A stretch of DNA of 33,033 nucleotides from Verrucomicrobiota bacterium (GTDB lineage: Bacteria > Verrucomicrobiota > Verrucomicrobiia > Chthoniobacterales > UBA10450), in contig QHOF01000001.1 of NCBI GenBank assembly GCA_003219335.1, positions 1,499 through 34,531 on the forward strand. Reading direction: 5' to 3'. How positions within the stretch are numbered: position 1 is the stretch's first letter; every line of letters starts with the position of its first letter. The notes below the pieces were generated by a model that worked only from the letters and a program-made list of their open reading frames with translations, ran no database searches and had not been told where the DNA came from. Made by a program: the position numbers and the translations under genes. Shown here piece by piece: positions 1 through 8,925 of this stretch.

Positions 1-857
1 AGCAGGGTTTTGCCTGTCCCTGGCGGGCCCACCAACAACACGCCTTTCGGCGCGGCCCCACCCAAGCGGGTATACTTCGGCGGGTCCTTAAGGAAATCCA
101 CGACCTCGACCAGCTCGTTCTCGGCTTCGTCGATGCCGGCGACATCATCGAAGGTGACCTTCGTATCCTTCTCCTGGTCGTAGCGGCGCGCCTTGCTCTT
201 GCCGATGCCCATGATCCCACCACCCATGCCGCCGCCCTGCTTCGCCATTCGCCGAAACATCCAGACGTAAAAACCGATGAAGAGCAGGGCCGGACCAAAC
301 CCGTAAAGGAACGTGGCCAACGGACTGCCGCCTTCTTCGATCGGCTTAGCGCTGATCTCGACGCCGTTGTCGATCAAAAATCTTTCCAAACCGGGATCGA
401 CGAAGGTAGGCAACGTAGTCGCGAATGTGCTCGCGGTTCTGGGCTCCTCTTTGGGCGCCGTATCACGCTGGCTCGTCTTGGGCGACTCGCCGGTGGGCGC
501 GGCGCCCTTTTCTCCCGCTGCTTGGGACTGCACGCCGGGTGCGGCGTTCTTCTCGTGCGGCGGATAGGTAACCGGCGCCTTGAAGCGGCCTGTGATGGAC
601 TCGCCCTGGCTGTAGATTGCTTCGACATTGCCCTTGCTGACCTGCTCCTTGAAGAAAGTATAGGGCACTGTGATCCGTGAGTCCGGGGTCGGGAATAGGA
701 GCCTCATCAGCAAATAGTTCACGAGCAAGACACCCACGAGCCATAGCCAAGTCCTGCCCGGCGGCATCGTCGTCTGCCCGGTTCCCTTTCCGGGTCCAGT
801 GGTAGTTTTGGATGGGGAGTCGCTATTGCGTCGTGTCTGATGTCCCGTCGAATTCAT
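1..857 (-). CDS. ftsH: ATP-dependent zinc metalloprotease FtsH, N-terminal portion (rest lies beyond the window start)
   Basis: Absent from the ORF track because it runs off the edge. Own minus-strand translation from ATG 857-855 (GAGGAGG 6 nt upstream) gives [15 protein letters not shown]...[20 protein letters not shown] (TM1)...[19 protein letters not shown] (TM2)...[53 protein letters not shown]. This is the FtsH layout ending in the AAA+ Walker A at the window edge. Confidence 0.9.
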   Translation of the reverse strand, partial: MNSTGHQTRRNSDSPSKTTTGPGKGTGQTTMPPGRTWLWLVGVLLVNYLLMRLLFPTPDSRITVPYTFFKEQVSKGNVEAIYSQGESITGRFKAPVTYPPHEKNAAPGVQSQAAGEKGAAPTGESPKTSQRDTAPKEEPRTASTFATTLPTFVDPGLERFLIDNGVEISAKPIEEGGSPLATFLYGFGPALLFIGFYVWMFRRMAKQGGGMGGGIMGIGKSKARRYDQEKDTKVTFDDVAGIDEAENELVEVVDFLKDPPKYTRLGGAAPKGVLLVGPPGTGKTL

Positions 858-1296
858 TGGTCACCTCCTCGAGCGCACCTTGAGTCATCAGGCAGAGATC
901 CTCGCAGTATGCAGTAGGGGATGTAGCCGACTCCTATCACCTACACTTTTTGGCAGCAAGATCTTTATTGTCTTTTCCGGGAACTGGCTCGCTTCCGAGG
1001 TTACACACTTCGGCGTCGTGGTGCTGTTTGTTCAAACATCTCGCTGCACGCACAGCACTGAGGCAATTTTTCACAACGTATCTTGATTGATCGCTTTATA
1101 GTTATAGGCTCAAAAAGAGGCTCCTACATCACGCTTTTCTACCAGCGTATTCGGAAGTGACGGCCACTTTGGACCAGTTCATCCGGGTGGAGACCGGAGA
1201 TGGCGTCGCGATTCTCGAGGGGTGAAGCATCGAATGTTCGACCGACCGCTGCCGTTATCCCCGGGGGAACGTGAAAGAGCATGAAAGGAGAAGGTT

Positions 1297-1863
1297 ATGT
1301 CGATTGCATGGAACAAGGACGTTGATGCTGCGCTTGCGCAAGCGCGGACCGCCAAGCGCCCGTTGTTGATAGACTTCAACGCAGCTCCGATGTGAGGGGC
1401 TTGCGCTCGGCTGGATGCCGAGGTTTATCCCGACCCGCGCGTCGAGAGCTTCATCAATGACAACTACTTGCCGGTCAAAATCCACATCAAAGAACAGCCC
1501 AAAACCTTCGAGCGCTTCGGCGCGCAGTGGACACCGACGATCCAGGTGCTGGATCCGGATGGAACCAAGCGACACCAGTTCGAAGGTTTTCTACCGCCGG
1601 ATGATTTTCTTGGACAACTGAAGCTCGGGCTCGCGCACTCCGCCTTTGCGCGCCAACAGTGGAAAGAGGCAGAGAGTCGCTACGATGACATCGTGAAAAC
1701 CTTGCCCGACTCGGATGCGGCTCCTGAAGCGCTCTACTGGGCGGGTGTCTCACGCTACAAGAGCAGCGGTGATCCGACGGCACTGCAGCAGACGACCGAA
1801 GCGTTCAAAATTCACTACCAAGGCAGCACGTGGGCAAAGAAAGCTTCCGTCTGGGCAAAGTGA
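1297..1863 (+). CDS. Thioredoxin-fold + TPR-like protein with in-frame TGA (1393-1395) at the first redox-Cys position; candidate selenoprotein (alternatively a nonsense pseudogene)
   Basis: ATG 1297 is preceded by AAAGGAGAAGG. Own translation: MSIAWNKDVDAALAQARTAKRPLLIDFNAAPM-[TGA]-GACARLDAEVYPDPRVESFINDNYLPVKIH. It continues in the same frame into track ORF 1468..1863 (1468-1297=171, divisible by 3). The LLIDF strand followed by x-x-x-x-x-[U]-G-A-C is the position of a thioredoxin CxxC motif. Confidence 0.6.
1396..1431 (+). promoter_or_regulatory. Candidate bacterial SECIS-like stem-loop immediately 3' of the in-frame UGA
   Basis: Perfect 6-bp helix CTCGGC(1406-1411)/GCCGAG(1417-1422) with 5-nt apical loop TGGAT, starting 11 nt after the TGA. 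GGG(1396-1398)/CCC(1429-1431) could close a lower stem around an internal loop. Folded by eye only. Confidence 0.4.
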
Positions 1864-1914
1864 GCGAAGGTTGAGCGTCGGCAACAGGATTTCATTGGCG
1901 GACGCTATCATAGT

Positions 1915-2241
1915 ATGCGGCGGCCTCTAGCCTGCCGAAGGCCTACTGCCCGCGAGGTGGATCACCTGAGAAAGCCTCGAACCTCTCACCTGGAAGGAGA
2001 CGACGATGCCCTTCGCCTGCATGACTTGGATAGTGGAGAAGACTTCGTCTATACGCTGGTGTTTCCTGCAAGGGCTGATTCGGCGAGTGGAAAAATGTCA
2101 ATTCTCGCTCCGCTGGGAACCGCGGTGTTGGGATGTCGGGTCGGAGATACCGTCGAGTGGGAGGCACCCGCAGGGCGGAAAAGGCTCAAGGTCAAAAAGA
2201 TCGTCTATCAGCCAGAAGCCGAGGGCAATTATCACGCATAA
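1915..2241 (+). CDS. GreA/GreB-family C-terminal domain protein (Rnk-like), lacking the usual N-terminal coiled-coil domain
   Basis: The C-terminus (FVYTLVFPARADSASGKMSILAPLGTAVLGCRVGDTVEWEAPAGRKRLKVKKIVYQPEAEG) matches the Rnk/GreA C-terminal domain pattern (iSvlaPlGaAllG..GD...w.....l.v..v.YQPE). The frame is closed only 52 nt upstream by the stop of the preceding gene. No clear RBS, so the start is uncertain. Confidence 0.6.
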   Translation: MRRPLACRRPTAREVDHLRKPRTSHLEGDDDALRLHDLDSGEDFVYTLVFPARADSASGKMSILAPLGTAVLGCRVGDTVEWEAPAGRKRLKVKKIVYQPEAEGNYHA

Positions 2242-2274
2242 CTGATTCACTGTACGCTCCCAAATAGCAGTCAT

Positions 2275-2309
2275 CGACAAAGTCTCGCGCTCCGCGGTAG
2301 GTCGTTTTT
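2275..2309. terminator. Weak candidate terminator between convergent genes
   Basis: CGAC(2275-2278)/GTCG(2301-2304) outer pairs plus inner CGCG(2286-2289)/CGCG(2293-2296), followed by TTTTT 2305-2309. The stems are short. Confidence 0.25.
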
Positions 2310-2431
2310 AAACACTGCGTGCAGTTAGACGATCTCGGCGTTTATAGGGTTAATTTCGCGTTCAAGGAGCGCTTGCCAGATTGCCCGGGCTTACGGTTAA
2401 TGGAATGGTATTGGCACCGCGCACGCGAATA

Positions 2432-3688
2432 CTAGAGTTTCCTGTGGGGCTTATCGCGATTCCTCTCCTTCTCGCCTAATGCTTCCATTTGTCTTTCGGC
2501 ATCAGCCGGCTGTGTTCTGGTAAGAGAGAATCGGTTCAAAAATTCTGGCGCGGCGCGCATTAAGATGGCATTGAGTAGAATCGTCAAAAGCGACGCGGCC
2601 AGTGTCGCACTGTAAACATGGGCTTCCACCAGACCGGCATCTCTGGCAACCCGGACGAGAACATAGGAGAACTCGCCGATCTGGGTCAATCCCACGCCTA
2701 CCAGTACCGCGGTCCTGAGAGAATAACGAAACAGTTTCACAACAGAACTCCAGATTACAAACTTGCCGACTATGATGACTGCAACGATGGCCCCGAGGAG
2801 AGCCGGATTCGAGATGAGAGCTTTGGGATCTATGAGAGTGCCGATCGTAACAAAGAAGAGAGCGACGAAAGAATTCCTCAGCGGAAGCAACTCCGCCAGT
2901 ATTTCATGCCCGGCCTCAGATTCACTGACGACCATTCCGGCCAAAAAGGCGCCTAACGCGAGTGATAATCCGAGAGCTTGCGTCGTCGCGGCGGTTGCAA
3001 ATCCCAAAGCCAGAGCCACCAGGATACGGAGCTCCTGATTCCTCGTATCGGGAATGTGCGGCATAAGCAGCGGCACCAGTTTCGCCGCTATGAAGATGAC
3101 TGGAGCCAGAATCAATAGCGCCTTCCCGAAAGCCATCCCGATGCTCACGAACTCACTCCCGCTAAACGTTGTCAGCACTGGAACAACGACAATCATCAGG
3201 ACAAATGCCAGATCATCGACTAGAGTGATCCCGATCATCACTCGCCCGTGTTCAGAATGGAGCTCTCCTCGATCAATGAGAAGCTGCGAGAGCACCATGG
3301 TGCTGGCGAGGGACGTAACTGCGCCAACGATTATACTTTGTGAAATAGTCCAACCCAGTGCCCACCCGAGGAGCAGGGCCAGAGCGATCACAAGCCCGAG
3401 CCCGAGCGGCCCACCGATCAGCGCAACCCATTTCACCTGGAGAAGGTCGCGGAAGGAGAACTCGATACCGATGGAGTACATGAGCAGAATGACGCCGATT
3501 TCGGCGAAGGGCTCAAGAACATGGATGTCCGAAAGGCTAGGCCCAGGTGTGAAGGGGCCGATGACGATTCCGCCCAGCACGTACCCCATGATAAGCGGCT
3601 GCCCCAGTCGCTTGGCGATTAGGCCACCCAAAACAGCGGCGACAAACACGTATGCGAGATCGCGATAGAGAACAGCCTCAGCAGCCAT
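2432..3688 (-). CDS. Cation:proton antiporter, CPA2 (Kef/YbaL-type membrane domain, no RCK domain)
   Basis: 418-aa polytopic ORF. The N-terminus (LAYVFVAAVLGGLIAKRLGQPLIMGYVLGGIVIGPF...EIGVILLMYSIGIEFSF) is the typical Na_H_Exchanger/KefB signature. Confidence 0.85.
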   Translation of the reverse strand: MAAEAVLYRDLAYVFVAAVLGGLIAKRLGQPLIMGYVLGGIVIGPFTPGPSLSDIHVLEPFAEIGVILLMYSIGIEFSFRDLLQVKWVALIGGPLGLGLVIALALLLGWALGWTISQSIIVGAVTSLASTMVLSQLLIDRGELHSEHGRVMIGITLVDDLAFVLMIVVVPVLTTFSGSEFVSIGMAFGKALLILAPVIFIAAKLVPLLMPHIPDTRNQELRILVALALGFATAATTQALGLSLALGAFLAGMVVSESEAGHEILAELLPLRNSFVALFFVTIGTLIDPKALISNPALLGAIVAVIIVGKFVIWSSVVKLFRYSLRTAVLVGVGLTQIGEFSYVLVRVARDAGLVEAHVYSATLAASLLTILLNAILMRAAPEFLNRFSLTRTQPADAERQMEALGEKERNRDKPHRKL

Positions 3689-4120
3689 AGCTTCTCATAG
3701 CGCTATTCACTTGCGTGAAGGTACAATCAGAAGTGCAATATAGAAAGAAGAGAGGCATACCCTTTTGCAAACCCAAAATATGGAGAAGCGGGGGAAAGGG
3801 CTACTTACGATGTGAGTGACCGCGCCAAATTGTTTACTGTGACAAGTTACTTTTTGCCCGTCCCGTCGGCTTCGTATGACCGACGCTCTTCAAACTTCAG
3901 GAGGGCAACTTCTCGGGCTTTCCATTAAACCGTGTTCGATACTCTCGAATGAGATCTCTTGGGAGTTTGGCCATTTTCTCGAGTCGCAGCTATCAATACG
4001 AATAGCACAAACAATGTCTACCCGCACACGGTAGGACAGAGCAAGCCTCCTAGGGCAGCAACTTCAGGCGCTTCGGTACGCTAGTGTCGGCGCGAACGGT
4101 CATCTGCCGCGTGTCGCGTC

Positions 4121-4756
4121 TTGCCACACGTCCATTCTCAAAGTAAGTGTAGGGAGGTGCCTGCTGATTTCACTTGGCAAATTACTGCTGCAGTAGTCGC
4201 TCTCGTTGCGCTGATTGGCTATCTCTGGTTTAGGACACCAACAATTGTCTTTGGGTATCCGGAAAACATCGCAGATCAGATATTTCTGAAGTGGTGGCAT
4301 CTCCCGATCGAAATCAGGCCGGTTTTTTTTCAACGTAAGTTGCTCAATGATTGTGCCATCTCCGTTTACGTTCACGGCGGGGGAGCCGGCACGATTGTCA
4401 ACGAAATCGGTCTATGTTGGCAGACTGCCGATGGCACGCAAACAACAGTGAAGATAGAGAAAAACGGAAAATACTACGCGCCCGTCAGTCTGAGATCGAC
4501 GCATTGGACGAAGTATTCCCTTGACGTGAATCGAAATAAAGGCCTATCACTGGCGCTGCCTCCAAGAATCGCCTTCTTTTGTGATCAGGAAATGATGCTC
4601 GCGGCACGGATTCCGATGTCCGGACTGTCCAACGACTATTATCTTAGCTTTCGTGTGCACAGGTCTGGCAAGACACTTCAACGCAGCGGTCTTTATAAGC
4701 TCGCTGTTCCCTTTCAAAGAGCTGAAAACTCGGAATTTACCTTCGAAAAATTATGA
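4121..4756 (+). CDS. Hypothetical protein with one N-terminal TM helix; no family recognised
   Basis: 211-codon ORF (TTG start; true start uncertain) in a visibly AT-richer stretch. It has a TM segment ITAAVVALVALIGYLWF followed by a beta-rich-looking soluble part. Confidence 0.4.
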   Translation: MPHVHSQSKCREVPADFTWQITAAVVALVALIGYLWFRTPTIVFGYPENIADQIFLKWWHLPIEIRPVFFQRKLLNDCAISVYVHGGGAGTIVNEIGLCWQTADGTQTTVKIEKNGKYYAPVSLRSTHWTKYSLDVNRNKGLSLALPPRIAFFCDQEMMLAARIPMSGLSNDYYLSFRVHRSGKTLQRSGLYKLAVPFQRAENSEFTFEKL

Positions 4757-5001
4757 TCCAAGCCTAACCGATGCTCGGTCACAACGTTAGTGCTTGTTCT
4801 GTAATGATGCGGCCGCTTGGTCGGGATTATAATCGCAACGGAAATCCTCCAGGCGTGCTTTCGATATATCGGACGCTCCAACGAGAATCTGCTCACATCG
4901 CTTTCGTCCTTAATCAAGAGCAGGACATTGCGCCGGAGTCCAAGAGAATCGGCGAACCGGAGAGAAGAAACACTTGAAACCGCTGTGTGGAACTTTTTCA
5001 T
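4714..5001 (-). pseudogene. Possible degraded PIN-domain (VapC-like) gene
   Basis: The 95-aa ORF itself is unconvincing. PIN-like pieces appear across frames: PILLDSGAM / NVLLLIKDESDVSRF near the 5' end, and DQAAASLQNKH / NVVTEHRLGLDHNF near the 3' end (compare D..iAA.A......LvT.n..F). At least 2 frameshifts are needed. A short upstream ORF ends in ATGA overlap with its ATG. Confidence 0.25.
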
Positions 5002-5076
5002 TTATCTAGTTGACCTCTCTCATCCGATATAGCGTCACTCAATTGGGGCAGGAGCAAACGCAATTTAAGGACGCTT

Positions 5077-5199
5077 ATGCATTCACTCGCCAATGATTAC
5101 GCGGCCGGGCTCTTGACCTCTCACGAACCGCCCTGCCTGTCGCTTTACCAACCCAGCCACCTCGGCGAGCATGAGTTTGTCTTCACAATGTCGGGTTAG
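5077..5199 (+). pseudogene. Possible N-terminal stub of an eRF1-like (baeRF-type) family gene
   Basis: Own translation: MHSLANDYAAGLLTSHEPPCLSLYQPSHLGEHEFVFTMSG*. From memory, the segment PCLSLYQPSH resembles the conserved PC(V/I)SLY.PTHR N-terminus of a bacterial eRF1-like family. Similarity stops after about 28 aa. Confidence 0.2.
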
Positions 5200-5401
5200 G
5201 TGCTCGAGCGATAAGGCGTGGACGCGGATAAAAACGACGCGGGACTCCGTTCGCGCTGAGGGGTTTTGCACAAATGCCCGCAAAAGTCCGTTCGATGGCA
5301 CGGATCCGTAGCATTGGGTCCAGCAGAGATAAACTGCGTCTCGACCTGGCGATCAATTGTGGGCTTCAACTGCCGGGGCTACGCGAATTGACTGAACACG
5401 G

Positions 5402-6308
5402 ATGGCAACAGTGACGGAGCGTCGGAAGATACTGGGTCTAAAGCGGCTGCTGGTCGCGACCGATCTCTCGTCACGCGCCGAGAAGGCAATAGCGCGTGCC
5501 GTGCAGTTGGCCGAGGAGCACAGCGGCACACTTTCAGTCTTACATATATTGACGGGAGCGTCGGGACATGAAACCGAGCGCTCGCAGATCGTTTCTCGGA
5601 TCGAGAAAGATCTACGCCGCAAGCTTGAGGCACTTTCTCTTAAAAGGACCGCTTTAGCGTCTGTTCGGGGTTCTTTCCGGTACGCCATTTGTGGAGATTA
5701 TCCGCCAGGGCCGTGAGGAAGCAGCCGATCTTATTGTTGTCGGGGCGCACGGAAAAGATTTTATGAAGGACCTGTTGCTCGGTGCGACCGCCGAGAAAAT
5801 CGTCCGTAAAGGAGACCGTTCAGTACTGGTAGTCAAGCGGGCGGCTCAAAGTTCGTACCGCCGGGTGTTAGTGGGGGTGGATTTTTCCGACAATTCTCGG
5901 CATGCGCTGGAATTGGCTCTGCGGCTCGCGCCGCGGGCAGAATTTCATGCCTTACATGTTTATGCAGGGGTTGAAGGAATGCTCAGGCGAGCCGGTGTCA
6001 CAGATTCGGGAATCGTACGCTACCAGCGTGAGGTGGCGAAGGAGGCGCGCAAACAAATGGAGATATTCATACGCAGCATTGATCGGCACCGTAAACCGAT
6101 CAGGAGAGAAGTATGGAACGGGCGGGCAGGTCGGGAAATCACTACGATTGCCAGGCGCCAGCGTGCCGATTTGGTGGCGGTTGGAACGGCTGGTCGCACA
6201 GGCATTCCTTATATCTTACTCGGCAGTGTCGCCGAACACGTGATGCGGGAGGCTGCCTGCGATGTATTAGTGGTGCGATCCGGCTCCATACCGTTTGAAC
6301 TGCCATAG
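5402..6308 (+). pseudogene. Tandem universal stress protein (2 USP domains) interrupted by a +1 frameshift in a GGGG run (5667-5670)
   Basis: Track ORFs 5402..5716 and 5691..6308 are two halves of one gene. Removing one G from 5667-5670 gives ...LKRTALASVRVLSGTPFVEIIRQGREEAADLIVVGAHGKDFMKDLLLGATAEKIVRKGDRSVLVV, a canonical USP domain 1. A second domain follows (RVLVGVDFSDNS...GTAGRTGIPYILLGSVAEHVMREAACDVLVV). Confidence 0.8.
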
Positions 6309-6664
6309 CAGGGTACCGCTTTCATCCAAGCACGATGTTCGAACGGAACGGTATCCATATGCTAAGCGGGACCGCGGCGGCTCTGTACATCCGTCCGCGT
6401 CGTATCCGACTGCCTGCGTGATGGTCGCGGCCATTATCCCCTGCATTGGACGCGCGGCTTTGCATCGACTGGTACGATAGCCAGAAAGACGAGGGATTCG
6501 AATACCACATGCTTGTGCCAGATATGGCCGTCACCTGTTGTCGTGCGCGGTGACGCCTAGTCGCTGGATAGCGATCTCGCAAGCGCATGCTATTTGCGCC
6601 AGACTTGCATGGTGATAGACAGAAGTTATCTCCAATCGAAACCGAGGCCTCAAAGGAGACGGTC

Positions 6665-7951
6665 ATGACCACAGACGCAAGTGCCGTCGGTCACGTTCTG
6701 CCAGGACCATCCGACGATCTTCTCGCCAAGCTTGAGGGTATCTATCGAGATATTCATGCCAATCCGGAACTGTCGATGCAGGAGCATCGCACGTCCGGCA
6801 TCGCCGCTGCATGGTTGCGCGAGCGGGGATACGACGTGACGGAGGGCGTTGGCGGCACGGGCGTTGTCGGGTTGCTCCGCAACGGCGACGGCCCCACCGT
6901 GCTGCTGCGCGCCGATATGGATGCATTGCCGATCAAGGAAAGCACCGGCCTACCTTACGCGAGCGATAGGACCGGAACCGATCGCTTCGGCCAAGCAACG
7001 TCGATCGCACATTCTTGCGGACACGATATGCATGTCACCTGGCTGATGGGGGCGACGCGCGTGATGGCCGAGAACCGTACCGACTGGCGCGGCACCGTCA
7101 TGGCTGTCTTCCAACCGGGCGAGGAAACCGGCCAAGGCGCACGCGCAATGATCGAGGATGGCATGGTCAAGCGCTTCCCCAAGCCGGACGTTACCTTGGG
7201 CCAGCATGTGATGCCGCTCTCGGCAGGACAGATCGGCTGGCGCACCGGGACGATGCTGTCGGCTGGCGACAGTTGGGAGGTGACATTGTTCGGACGTGGC
7301 GCTCACGGGTCGATGCCACAAAAGAGTATCGATCCGGTGGTGATGGCTGCCTCGGCCGTGATGCGTCTGCAGACAGTGGTATCGCGGGAAGTGGCGATGA
7401 CTGATTCCGCGGTCGTTACTGTCGGCACAATGAGCGCGGGTATGAACGAGAATGTTATCCCTGACCGAGCGTTGCTTCGCCTGAACGTCCGTACCTTCAA
7501 GGACGGGGTGCGCACGCGTGTGTTGGCGGCGATCAAGCGGATATTGAAGGCGGAGGCCGAAGCTTCAGGCGCTCCAAAACCTCCGGAATTTTCCGTGCTC
7601 AGTGAATTTCCGCTGACACGCAACGATGACGCGGCGACACGCAAGACGGTAGCCGCCCTGGAGCGTTGGTTTGGCACGGATCGGGTGACCGAGATCGCTC
7701 CCGCCACAGCGAGCGAGGACTTTGGTCGGTTCGGCGCAGCGTGGGACGTGCCGGCGGTATTCTGGGTCATCGGCGGTATCGACCCCGCCACTTACGCAAA
7801 CGCCGAGGAGGCCGGCAAGCTGGACGAGCTTCCGGCGAATCACGCTCCCGACTTCGCGCCGGTGATTCATCCCACTCTGCGCACGGGTGTTGAGGCGATG
7901 CTCGCTGCGGCCGGCGCCTGGATTTGCCCGGCCGCCGCCAGCTCAGTTTGA
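6665..7951 (+). CDS. M20-family amidohydrolase (aminoacylase / hippurate-hydrolase-like, M20D)
   Basis: ATG 6665 has AAAGGAG upstream and is in frame with track ORF 6587..7951. Motifs: YRDIHANPELSMQEHRT, LLRADMDALPI, HSCGHDMH, FQPGEE. Confidence 0.85.
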   Translation: MTTDASAVGHVLPGPSDDLLAKLEGIYRDIHANPELSMQEHRTSGIAAAWLRERGYDVTEGVGGTGVVGLLRNGDGPTVLLRADMDALPIKESTGLPYASDRTGTDRFGQATSIAHSCGHDMHVTWLMGATRVMAENRTDWRGTVMAVFQPGEETGQGARAMIEDGMVKRFPKPDVTLGQHVMPLSAGQIGWRTGTMLSAGDSWEVTLFGRGAHGSMPQKSIDPVVMAASAVMRLQTVVSREVAMTDSAVVTVGTMSAGMNENVIPDRALLRLNVRTFKDGVRTRVLAAIKRILKAEAEASGAPKPPEFSVLSEFPLTRNDDAATRKTVAALERWFGTDRVTEIAPATASEDFGRFGAAWDVPAVFWVIGGIDPATYANAEEAGKLDELPANHAPDFAPVIHPTLRTGVEAMLAAAGAWICPAAASSV

Positions 7952-7956
7952 TTGTG

Positions 7957-8628
7957 ATGGCACTGCGCAGCGTACTCAGTCTTGGCATGCAGAGCGCCTT
8001 TCTGCAGGATCTGATGCATGTGCTCGACTGGATAGGAACCTTCGTATTCGCCCTAAGCGGGGGACTGCTGGGCATACAAAAGCGGTTCGACTTGTTCGGC
8101 GTTCTCTTTCTGTCGTTTGTGGTGGCGGTCGTCGGCGGCATGATGCGCGATGTTCTGATCGGCGCAGTCCCTCCGGTCGCAATCACGGACATTCGTTATT
8201 TCGCCATCGCGATGGTCGGCGGCTTGGCGACCTTCTACTGGTATCCCAAAGTCGCATCGCTCCAGCGCCAGATACTGCTGTTCGACGCGGTTGGCCTTAG
8301 TTTGTTTGCGGTCACCGGAGCGCAAAAAGCAATAGATCACGGCATCAATCCGTTGATGGCGGCGATTCTGGGCATGCTGTCCGGAATCGGCGGCGGGATG
8401 ACCCGTGATGTCCTCGCCGGAAACATCCCATTTGTTCGGCGGGGCGATCTTTACGCGCTTGCGGCGCTCGCGGGCGGAGCGATCGTATCGATCGGGATGA
8501 TGTTGGGTGTGCACCCGACCTATCCGATGTTGTTGGGCGCCGCTGTCTGTATCTTCCTTCGGCTGATGGCAATCTATCATGGTTGGCGCGCGCCTGTCGC
8601 CCGCTGGAGCGGCGACAAGGAAAAATGA
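7957..8628 (+). CDS. Trimeric intracellular cation channel (TRIC) / UPF0126 (YadS-like) membrane protein
   Basis: Two UPF0126 repeats: DWIGTFVFALSGGLLGIQKRFDLFGVLFLSFVVAVVGGMMRDVLIG and DAVGLSLFAVTGAQKA...ILGMLSGIGGGMTRDVLAG. The start is taken as ATG 7957, just after the upstream stop; the track ORF starts at 7924. Confidence 0.8.
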   Translation: MALRSVLSLGMQSAFLQDLMHVLDWIGTFVFALSGGLLGIQKRFDLFGVLFLSFVVAVVGGMMRDVLIGAVPPVAITDIRYFAIAMVGGLATFYWYPKVASLQRQILLFDAVGLSLFAVTGAQKAIDHGINPLMAAILGMLSGIGGGMTRDVLAGNIPFVRRGDLYALAALAGGAIVSIGMMLGVHPTYPMLLGAAVCIFLRLMAIYHGWRAPVARWSGDKEK

Positions 8629-8925
8629 GTGAGACCGCGCGTCGTAATTACGTAAGATGTGTTCGATTTTCGCGCGATAGCAATTTAAGCGTGGTCATGA
8701 CGCACGTCGCGTCGCGTGCGGCCGGGACAACTGGCATGAGCAGGCGCAGCATTCCTGATCTGATGTTCCCAACTGGTGAATTGGTAATGAAATTCACGAG
8801 AAGAGACATTCTCGAGTGGGATTGTTGATGGGCGCGTCCTGTATATTGGGAGATTGCGGCAATATGGCCGCAAAAAATAACCAAGCGGATCCTATTTTTA
8901 CACAACGGGAGGAGGGTTACCGGCC

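Noticed and set aside
6322-6672. 116-codon minus-strand ORF in the gap between the USP pseudogene and the M20 gene
   Set aside because: Arg-rich translation with no RBS. A short, more protein-like stretch in another frame (GDGHIWHKHVVFESLVFLAIVPVDAK) could not be assigned to any family.
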